A stretch of 64,000 nt of DNA from Macrostomum lignano. Lineage: Eukaryota. Positions 24,559 through 34,443 of this stretch are shown piece after piece (positions within the stretch are counted from its first letter, which is position 1; each line of letters starts with the position of its first letter). The position numbers were made by a program, and so were the translations under genes. Location: contig NIVC01000695.1 in the NCBI GenBank assembly GCA_002269645.1, positions 62,001 through 126,000 on the forward strand, given 5' to 3'. The notes below the pieces were generated by a model. It had not been told where the DNA came from, searched no databases, and worked only from the letters and a program-made list of their open reading frames with translations.

Positions 24559-25988
24559 CAATTCTTACCATATTTGTGATTTTATTCTTTTAAGCATTTC
24601 CTTTAAATTGTCCCTAGGGACTTCAGGGAGCATAGGCCTAGGAAAAAAGCAAAAAATTCCCCATCTCCCTAGGCCTAGGGTTTTCATTTTAAAAGTTTAG
24701 GGAATTGGCATCTTTAGTCAATATTATATAGCATGCATTAATACCATATAAGTTGATATTTTAATGAAAGAAAACATCTTAAAGATTATTTTGCAACATG
24801 GAATGAGCAGTAAATTTATGTTCACAAGTTTCAGTTTGTGGTTTTAGAAAAACTTAGAAATCCTTAGGCTTAGCTTAGAAATATTAAATCTTTTTGAATA
24901 GGCCTAAAAAAAAGTAGGCCTAAAATATAGAATACTTTTTGTTTTGTAAATAAAAAATAGCCTTTGCTAAGCTAAGGTCTTTAAGTCTTAAAATATCTCA
25001 TATAGTATAGTTTTTATATTCATAGGCCTAGTCATAGGCCTACTCATACTATATAATACAGTAGAAAACGAATTTTAGGCAAACCGCAAAAGTTTGTCTT
25101 GAATATTGCAATTAATATTCTTTATCAATAAATAAAGAACTTACTTACCTTAGGACCTAACCATTGATAGCAAGCTAGGTAGGCCCTAGTAGGTAGCTTT
25201 GCATTTGATCAAGTTATGGTCATCCCTTGAAATTGTGACAAATATTAAATAAGGAGGGAGACGTTTTGATGTTGGAAGTATGTAATCCAGTTCAGCAGCC
25301 GAAATCACATTAGTTAGCACATAAATAGAGAAACAGCACTTAACTTGGGCTTGGCTCTGCTATGGTGGTGTGCCTTGCAAAGGCCGGTTGGGGCCCACGC
25401 CGTTGGGGGTACAGGACAGTTCGGTAATAATGTGGCAGGCGCGGGATGTCCAGCCACTGAGTTGAGTAGTTTTTTAATCGATGACTAAATTTTTATTTTT
25501 GGCCTGTCCGTGCGTTGATCACTAAATTATTTTCCCTGGCTTGGAGTTGTCCAGCCGATGCTCCATCGAGTGTTCCACGCTCTGTACGCTCGCGTCCCCG
25601 CGCGAGAACTTTTGTTGGAATACACTCGCCACCGGGTTATATGCGTAATGTTTCAAGCCGTGTTCAGTGTCGCCTATTGAGTTTCCCTTCAGCTGCTCCC
25701 ACTTGCGGATGAGTTTGCCTGACTATTTAACCCCCTGATTTTTTGTGTGGAAATGCTATGCGCTCGTTCCGTTTGCTTTGCTCTCCCGCTCTTTTAACTT
25801 CCGTTTGTCATTAATTTTATCCAGTTGAAACTATAGTTTTATTTATTTAATTTAGCACCTAGATGCCGACTGCGTTTCACTCGTTCGTATTCAATTTAAG
25901 TTACCGACCTGCTCCATTGTAATCATTTATTAAGCCTAATAAACACCGACTATCTCTTAGTAGTATTTCTTTAGTAGCCATAGTATTT

Positions 25989-26335
25989 CTTGAGTCATTT
26001 GCCCGTGGGGCGTAAAATAACCAAAGTTCTCATCTCAAAGAAAGCTCTGAGACTTATCCGTTACGTAATACGTAAATTACGGTGGTGGCAGAAACTACCC
26101 TATTGAAAGTAACAAGCTCTGCAAATCGACACATTAATTTTACGGCCTCAGAACCTCCGATGTTTCATCGCTTGAACGACCGCGCCGCTAACGACCGCTC
26201 CGCTACGATTACGACTACCCTCCCCCGGACTTGAGAACCCGGCAGTCGGAGTAAAACAGGAGAAGAACTTCGTTGTGATTCGTCTGCGCGATTTTCCGGA
26301 TTTATTCGTGTGAACTCAACGCCGGCGGCAATTCA
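25989..26335 (+). repeat. Left copy of a diverged ~300-350-bp inverted repeat (partner 32610-32905)
   Basis: CTTGAGTCATTTGCCCGTGGGGCGTAAAATAACCAA, TACGGTGGTGGCAG, CTACGATTACGACTACCCTCCCCC and GCCGGCGGCAATTCA all recur as reverse complements at 32610-32905. Confidence 0.85.
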
Positions 26336-26802
26336 GACGAGGAATCCGCCCCACCTCAGCTGGTGTCAGAAAATTTTCAAACCAGCCTATTCCGAAAAAA
26401 ATCTTCTCCACCCCCACCTCAGTAACATTATGGACAATTCGGTAACAATATTTAATTTCGAGACTAACACTACTTATATCGCACCAACTTCTACATCATG
26501 GCCAAATTGGCCTATAATTTCATCACTTTACAGATATTGTTTGACAATATTATCTTTGTTAAAATGTATTTTGGTCTACGGACCGACATGCAACTTGGTA
26601 GCTAGTATTAAAATTTTTCAGGAACGTAAAATGAAGTTTCTTTCATCTGAGGTGGAAAGAGCAAACCCTAGGCATTAGGAAGGACTAAAAGTCCAAGCAT
26701 CTTTTATAGTTCGTGTTGCAAAATCGAAAGTTCAAACACTAAATCTAAAAGTTTAAAGAGAAGGGAGAGGATTGAGAGGCCGCGGAGAGGGAGGGAGAGA
26801 AG

Positions 26803-27167
26803 CAGGGGCGTCGCCATGGATTTAATGGTGGCGGGGCTGTACAAAGCGAAAAAAATTTACAAGCCGTACATAAGAATTTTTTTCAAAATCGCGGTGTTGT
26901 TTTAGTCTTGGCCATCATTTTAGCGCCGCAGACACTAGGAATTTTTTAGGAATTAGGAATTAGAAATTTCATTTTAGGAATTTAGGGCGCGTGGCATGTA
27001 TGCAGACACTTTTTAGCAAATTCAGCGCCGCAAACACTAATTTTAGAAATTTAGCGCCGCAGATCGACACTCGTTTCGGCGCCACAGACACTCATTTTGG
27101 CGCCGCAGGCACGCATTTGCGCTCTGAAGCAAAATTATTGATTTCCATCTCCAGGGCGACGCCTCAC
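26803..27167. mobile_element. Possible small MITE with internal TTAGCGCCGCAG repeats
   Basis: CAGGGGCGTCGCCATGGA versus TCCAGGGCGACGCCTC form imperfect TIRs. No TSD identified. Confidence 0.4.
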
Positions 27168-27231
27168 TCAGCAACAATACCGAAAACTTCAAAGAGTGGA
27201 GTTCGATTGGTCATGTGAAATATGTCATGCC

Positions 27232-27336
27232 CAGCAGCAAAAACAGCAGCAGCAGCAGCACCAACAGCACCAGCAGCAACAGCAGCAACAGCAGCACCAG
27301 CAGCGAGAGCAGCAACGACAACAACAACAGCAGCAC
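27232..27336 (+). repeat. CAG/CAA trinucleotide tract (poly-Gln if coding)
   Basis: About 35 codons of CAG/CAA/CAC directly visible. Confidence 0.9.
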
Positions 27337-27374
27337 GCACCAGACTTTACGTTCGGTCTAAGACTTTGTCGTAG

Positions 27375-27443
27375 CTCCTACTTGGCGCCGCGTTTTCGTC
27401 GCGGAGGGGAAACACGCCCAATGAGGGTGTACGAAGAGCGCCA
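27375..27443 (+). ncRNA. Candidate HDV-like (double-pseudoknot) self-cleaving ribozyme at the 5' end of the Ingi-type LINE
   Basis: Manual fold: P1 CTCC/GGAG(GGG), P2 TGGCGC/GCGCCA, P3 GCG/CGC with L3 TTTTCGT, P1.1 TT/AA, P4 ACAC..GTGT, J4/2 ACGAA. Confidence 0.65.
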
Positions 27444-29700
27444 TAACCCGGACACTGCGTCCAGCAAGAGTGATTGTACTGGAAGAGGAGCGCGCATAGG
27501 TTTTAACACCGGGGGAGCCAAGTATCCGGCCCGCTACCTCCCCGCTCTTCTGTTGCTCAGGGCCGGCGATGTTGAGACCAACCCGGGGCCTGCTAACAGC
27601 TGCGAGAACGTTAGCTGCGGCCGCCCTCTGCACGGCAAGTTCCTCACCTGCGCGAGATGTAACAGCCGCTTCCATCTGCAGAGGGACTGCTCCGGGTTGA
27701 GTCGCTGGGCCGCGAACAAGGCCGCGGACGCCCAGGAATGGCACTGCGCCAATTGCGAGAACGGCCCCACCACCCAGACAGACTCGTCGTCCTCTGACCA
27801 ACCGTCCATCCCTATCTGCCAGCCCACGGAGGAGCACACCGCTCGCAGGCAAGCTTTGCTCAACCGTATCCGGCAGGAGAAACCTACGTCCCTGCCTCCC
27901 TGCCTGTATGGTGCGCTGGTTCACCAGCTTTCTCGAAGGCAGGCAGATCGCTGTGCGGTCGGCTCCTCGCTTGGGAAATGGCGCAGACTGAAGGAAGGCG
28001 TCCGCCAAGGCGCCGTCAGCTCGCCTGCTCTCTTCCTAATCTATGTTAACAAGTGGTCCGGTCACACCGTGCCTCTCGTCAGCTACAGTGGCTATGCAGA
28101 CGATCTTGCTCTCTGGAGCACGGGCCGGAACCTCCCAGAAATCCAGGCTCGCCTCCAATCCGCCCTGCAGCTCGTCGAGGAATGGGCCGCTCATCTGCGC
28201 ATCGACATCAACTCTCTAAAACTGAGGGATGCCTCTTCTCTCGTGACAGATCCGACCGTCAACGCAACCTCAGCCCTCACCATCCGGGGCCAACAGATTC
28301 CCTTCAAGCAGAAGATTAAGTTTCTCGGAATCTGGATTGACCAAGGTCTGCTATTCGAAAAGCAAACTGACTCCTTCGCAGAGCTGGCATCCTTCGTGCC
28401 CTAGCCCACCGTGAATGGGGCTGGGATCGCAAGCTACTGCTGCGAGTCTACCGGGCTCTTGTCGAATCCTTCGTGTGGCACGCCGCCGCGGCCTGGACGC
28501 CCTGGCTATCTGCGACCCGTCTCAACGCCATCGACCGTGCCCAGAGTGAGGCCCTCTGGGTTGTCACTGGTCTCCCCCGCTCGACACCGGTAGAGGCCAT
28601 CTACTTTGAGTCGGGAATCCTTCCTATCAGCCTCGAAGCCCGCCGAAGATCGCCGCTTGCGTTTGAGAAGGCGCTCCGCAAACCTCCTGGCGACCCCTTC
28701 CGGCAACGTTGCGAGCGCCGCCAGGACACCCGGCTTTCTGCAAACCGAAGCCTCCGCGAACAAGCTAGACGCATCACCGATGAGCTCCTTGGTGGACACC
28801 GGCTCCTACCCTGGAATTCGTTGGCCGACGCCGGAGTGCGCATGTTCACCAAGCTGCTGTTCGAGCCCATTGAAACCGACGCCGCCCAGGCGGTCCAAGC
28901 CACCGAGACCGCGCGCTGCCCGAACGCCGCTACTTACTTCACCGACGGATCCGTCTCGGGTGGCGTTGAAAACGGGGGTTGCGGCCTGGATTCTCCTAAG
29001 CCAGGACGGCTCCATCAGCCGGCGCGGGTGCGTGGCCACGGGCCGCTGGTGCAGCTCCTTTGAGGCCGAACTTATCGCCATCTTCCAGGCTCTAAGCGAC
29101 ATCATTGCCAGCGCCCCGAAAGAGGCTGCCATTCTCACCGACAGCCAGAGCGCTATCGCGGTCCTGCAAGCTGATCGGCCAACCATCAACCCGCTCGTCG
29201 AGAGCGTTAAGGAACGCCATATCACCGCCGCCCGTCTTTCCAAGATCATCCTGCAGTGGGTGCCCGGGCACGCCGGAATCCCCTGAAATGAACTGGTGGA
29301 TGCCGAGGCCAAACTAGCGGCCACGCTGCCTCAGGAGCATGTCGGCACCACCCTGGATTCGGCTAGGGCCCGCATCCGACGGGTTGTTAACTATTCGCCC
29401 AACATGACAGGCCACCTGCTCGAGGTATATGGCCAAAAGATTACAACGCATGAGGGCCCTCGCAGGCAACAGTTCCTAGTCTCGCAGGTCCGCGCCGGGC
29501 ACTGTCCTGCATCGATCTACTACCGCAATCGCACCGGCATTGAGGTCGGGGGCAACTGCCGTCTCTGCGTAGAAGAGGTCGACCAATTCCCCCTCCTCAA
29601 CTGCCCGGCGCGGCCCTGCAGCAGCAACAGATTGCCTTAGACCAACAACAGGATGATGAGCCGATGGAGAGCTCCATGGATGAAGATGCTCCAATCCCAC
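27375..29700 (+). mobile_element. Ingi-clade (I-group) non-LTR retrotransposon, internally deleted: 2A peptide, PHD, partial RT, RNase H, CCHC-like tail
   Basis: LLLRAGDVETNPGP (27553-27591), PHD at 27601-27756, GVRQGAVSSPALFLIYVN and YADDLALW (RT), YFTDGSV..SSFEAELIAI..ILTDSQSA..QWVPGHAGIP (RNase H), CRLC..LLNC. Frameshifts and stops after 28404. Confidence 0.88.
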
Positions 29701-30933
29701 AATTTTTCCTCAGCAGGTCCAGTCTACAGTGTTTACTGTAGATTGTAGACTGTAGTCATTCCCAGAGCTTCTGAGAAGGAGAAATACATCCTGATACGCT
29801 CCGATGGCTTTAGTTACAGCCGACAGTGCAGCCGTGAAGCCAGAACATATTGGAGGTGCTCAGTCAGAAATGCGCACACTAAATGTACTGCCTCAGCTCT
29901 TTAGTCAAATGGCGTATACATTAGTGGCAAGAACGAGCATACTTGTCACCCAGCATGGTCGGGCAACCGGCGCGATAAGCTGACTGGTTGCTCGAGAAGT
30001 ATGCGATCAAGCTCAGGAGGAGCTCTTCAGACCTGCTGCTGAAATCGCAGAACAAGTTCTTCTGCAAAACGAAGGCAGCTTAAGAGGTCTGCCTCAGCTG
30101 CCGACAGTGAAACTGTTGGCAAAAGCAGCAAATCGAGCCCAAGCTGCACAGCGTCCCGATGAGCCACGAGATCTGAGATTTCAACTTCAAGAAGACGCAC
30201 TTCCAGATGGCTTCCTGCAAATTGAGGTCCGCATTGAAGAGAGTGGCAGACGCCACTTTATATTTGCTAGCCAGCGTCAATTACAGCTGCTGGGACGTTG
30301 CAAGGAGTGGTTCGGCGATTGAACCTTTTCGTCGTCAAGGAACCATTTCTACAGCTGTATATCTTTCATGGTTACGTTCGGCAGAATGAGTCTGTAAAGC
30401 AGATACCACTAGCCCACATTCTCATGTCTGGAAAGAGCAAACGAGACTACAGGCGTACGTTGCGAGCTGTCAAAGATCTGCTGCCTGAATGCAAACCGAA
30501 GAGCATCGTATTCGACTTTGAAGCCGTATTGTGGAGGGCTGCGAAGTCTATTTCCTAATGTGAAGCGTCATGGCTGCAGCTTTCACTATTCGCAGGCAAT
30601 TTGGAGGCATATTCAATCAGTTGGCTTACAACCTGACTACACTGACGACGAGGCTGTTTGGTAATTTTGTCGCAAATTAATGGCACTGCCTTTTCTGCCA
30701 GGCCATTGCGTGCAAGCTGCATTCATGGAGCTGAAGCAGACAATCCAAAACGAACACCTGCGTGCGTTGTGTGAGTACGTTTCCAACACATGGCTCAGCA
30801 GCACTGTCTGGCAATTGGACGAAATTAGTGTTTTCCGCCATACCATCAGAACGAAGAATGAGACTGAAGGCTACCACAAACGTCTCAACTAAAGGGCACG
30901 GGGTGGCAACCTTGGCTTTTACAAACTTGCAAC

Positions 30934-31967
30934 CACAGAATATACCAGAATGCTCAATCAGCTTCCAAATCGAAAGCCGAAATATAAAACCATAGACACT
31001 ACTCCTGAGGTGAAGAAAAGATAAGTAGTACTGAATTTTGAGAAGTAGTCACCTTTTTGTACGTCCATTCGAGGGGGAACATTTTTATGGACAGAAGGTC
31101 CCGATTGTATATTTGCAGCTGTAGCGAGAGCTTTCGTCTAATTAGATTTTTTGTCTAATCGTCATTCTTGATGGAAGCCGTAAGCCGTTTCACTCATGCT
31201 TGCGATCTGAGCACAGACGCAGTTGTGCTGGGCCAGATTTCTAAGCCTGGTAGCAGTCAAACTTGAAGTGGCGCATCGCCGTTTTAGAGTATCATTTTGG
31301 CATCTCAGTCGTGCTGAAGAGTTTCTCTCAGCCTTGAGTTTCTGCCTTAGCTGCTGCATGGTCGCAACTCTTCGACCGGTAGGCTTGGGTAAGGGCACAG
31401 TAATCGGCGGAGCGTCCTTTCTCGGAGACATGTCTAAAGGTTCACCTCGGACAGTCGGAGATTTTCGTTGCAGGACTGGTGGAATCGCTTTGTACAGATT
31501 TCTAGCAGGAAACGCCGTAGTCAGTAGTTGCATGCCCGGCTCTTGGCGAAGTCTTGGGCAGCTGTACATTTCGTCAGTGAAGTGGAGGCTGCACACGACG
31601 GCACATGCCCACTTGTGCTCGTTGGCTTCGCCAAGCAGGTCGGCTCTGTAGAGTCGGCGCGCCCATTCTTCGCATCTTGGACCATATCGATTTATTTGGA
31701 GCGGCCAAAAGGGGTATAAATCTAAGGAACGCAGGCAACTAAGCTGAGTTATTATACACTAGGCATCAAATAGATAGGATGGATGGACGGAAAGACAAGC
31801 GAAAAACATCGTCTATGGCAAAATCGATCTCAATACACTCGGGTTGATGAAAAAAGCCAGCACTGCTCACAAATCACTTCACCTTAGAAGTAGCGTAGCT
31901 AGCGAATAGTTTTAGCCTCAAAAATGTTTCGCAGGGAGCTTGATTGAGCATTCTGGTGTATTCTGTG
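30934..31967 (-). mobile_element. Non-autonomous P-element-like transposon (1034 bp) carrying a THAP domain
   Basis: TIR CACAGAATAYACCAGAATGCTCAATCA at both ends. 8-bp TSD CTTGCAAC at 30926-30933 and 31968-31975. Confidence 0.9.
31162..31722 (-). pseudogene. THAP zinc-finger plus coiled-coil fragment (P/THAP9-type transposase N-terminus)
   Basis: LYPF..RCEEWARRLYRADL..VVCSLHFTDEMY..LLTTAFP (THAP W, CSxHF and AVP-like box), then the helical QQLRQKLKAERNSSARLR. Confidence 0.8.
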
Positions 31968-32609
31968 CTTGCAACCCTACTTTACGACGAAGCAATGGTT
32001 AGCCAATCTCCAGGCCAAGCTGGTGTCTCAGGAGCGACTCATCCGCTATCAGAGGCTTGTCCATCGAACGAAAGAGGCCAAGCTGCATCGTTACTGGGCC
32101 GTGTACCAGCCGGGCATCAAAACTGCAGCTAGTGCTACTACGTGCTACTACGTGCTACTCGTGCTACTACGTGCTACTAAACCAGACAACCCCGGCGCAA
32201 TGCACAAATCAATCGATAATATATCGTGCTAGTAGTGATAATGAGGTGGGGTGGAGAAAGAAAATCTTGCTTGCACGGTCGTTAGGCGGCTGATGTAATA
32301 TATCTGAATCTGAATATGAGTATATGTAATTTAAAAGTAAACGATTTCGTAGCTATTTACTTTATGTCTGCTGTATTTGTATTATAGTATTTGTATTGTA
32401 TTTATATCTTTTACTGTACTTTCCACAGTATGTATTTATGTTATTTTGCACAATAGTTTTATAATGTAGCTTTTTTTAATGACCAAATTAATATATAATA
32501 AATTATCAATGTTCACTCGTAAAAGTTGGAGCTCTGATTTGGCACTCTCGACTGAAAATTAAAATGACGCTTCTCGGCAATTCATTCATTTCATTACACT
32601 GAGTGAGTT

Positions 32610-32905
32610 TGAATTGCCGCCGGCGTCGAGTTCGCACGAACTAAGCCGGAGAATCGCGCAGTCGAATCTTAACGATTTTTCTCCTGAATACTCCGTCCTC
32701 ATTTCCGGGGGGGAGGGTAGTCGTAATCGTAGTCGAACAGGCACGGTCGTTCGTAAACTCAAGGTACGTCGGAATTCGTTGATGCTTACTAATAGTAGCG
32801 TAGTGCTGCCACCACCGTAATTTATTACGGAACGTTGGGATCTCAGGGCTTGCTTAGAGTTGAGAACAATTGGTTATTTTACGCCCCACGGGCAAATTAC
32901 TCAAG
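32610..32905 (-). repeat. Right copy of the diverged inverted repeat (partner 25989-26335)
   Basis: Reverse-complement matches as listed for the left copy. Confidence 0.85.
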
Positions 32906-34443
32906 ATAGACTAGATTTATTGATCCAACGCAGATAAATACACTTACCATTAGTTTATTTGACTCTTATATTAAATTCAGTCAGGGCGCCACGTAAAAGA
33001 CAGAGCTTGTCATTTATGTGACTGGCCCTTAAAAAAATGTTCGCTAGCCTTTTTGAAATTCCTTCATTGAAGGGAGCGAGGTGGCCGAATTAAATTGGTG
33101 CTACGTCCTCAGTTTTCAAATGCAAGGACATGTAAGCCTAGATCGAGATGGCATAATTCTTTAACCAATTGCCGACTGCAAACGTCCGGCCTGGCAAACG
33201 TCCGGCTGGAAAACGTCGTAGACCCGTCTGCAGGATTTTGTACATCTGAATTCTGTGTAGGCGAGCGTAGCCATGCCCTAATAGATTCTTTTTTTATCTG
33301 CCCCTCAAGGTAAAAAAGTTTGCCAACCTAGTTTTTCTATAGGGGCATCTGTTGACTTACCAGCAGGACATATAAAGAACCAAAATCAGTTAAAATGTCT
33401 GCTCATGTGAACTACGAGTACTTCGTAGTCCACTGGCAGTCTGTAAGACTGCCTTACGAGTCTCTAGCTGTGGGTCAGCGATCGTGAACGACCATAGCGC
33501 CTCGCCCACCATGTATGCGTTCGATTATAGCTGCAAAGTACAGCAAATACTCAAAGTTGGCTGAGTTAGCTGTGGTGATTGGAGCTCGGCACGTCTCGTT
33601 TTATCGAATATAAGATGTTGGCGACATTAACAATTCTTCCCTGAATTTAGGGAATACTCGAAAAATTCAGCAGTTCCCGAATGACCATTGACTCTGAGCG
33701 CAGTTAGAGACTTCTCGTTAAAGACCTCCAAGACGAGTCATACAATGTGCTGTCTAGATTTCTCCTCAATCTCAATCAAGTCATCCCATTTTGTACAGAC
33801 TGATCAAAGGTCCATCTGTTGTTGTTTAATTAGAATTATTATTTTATTAGTGTTTATTTGTGATCCTTAAAGGGCCGTTTAGATGGTAAAAAATATTATT
33901 CAAATATCTCTTCGCATTTTTTCAACACGAACGGTAATGGACAAAATAAGCAACAGTTTTTTAGTGCTTTTAAAACAGAGATTGCATCCGTTGCGCTCCC
34001 GTATGATTATTGATGATCCTGAAAAGGGCTGAGAAGTTCAGCTCCTCTGAAGTTAGGAGTGGTGATGCAATGGCGGATTTAAGGGGCCGCTAGGTGTGGA
34101 TTGCAGAGGTGGATTTGCAATCGCGGATTTTTATCATTCAGAATTAAAACAAATTGAACAAGTTGAACAATAACTTTCTATCTTGCGGCTGTCAGTGTTA
34201 GAGTAGGAATCCAAATGTATTATTGAATAAAGTAGAAAATTTTATTGAATAACAAAGCAATATATTCCTTAGGCATTATTAAATTAGGGAAGTATCCTGT
34301 TTCTTATGACGTTATCATTCACTAGTATCAAGTGAAAAAAGCTGCATAAATGTGTCTGGACAATTGCAATCAAGTTGCGTTGCGTCACTGGCGCAAAGTT
34401 GAAGGGCATATTACAGGATGTGGTTACAGACACTCCAGCTGCT

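Larger units (their letters stand above)
29760..32160 (+). pseudogene. MULE (Mutator-like) transposase with FLYWCH domain, interrupted by a P-like element at 30934-31967
   Basis: LIRSDGFSY..YWRCSVRNAHTKCTA (FLYWCH), WFGD*TF, PFLQLYIFH, VFDFEAVLWRAA, GCSFHYSQAIWR, LMALPFLP, RTKNETEGYHKRLN. GNLGFYKLAT rejoins LLYDEA..LQAKLVSQERL after the insertion. Confidence 0.9.

Noticed and set aside
27196-27374. Poly-Q as the genuine N-terminus of the Ingi protein
   Set aside because: Starts at a non-ATG codon and lies upstream of the predicted ribozyme/element 5' end; kept only as a low-interest finding
33095-33870. Short ORFs and coding-like patches between the MULE and the MUC4-like gene
   Set aside because: All frames are interrupted by stops and no motif was recognised
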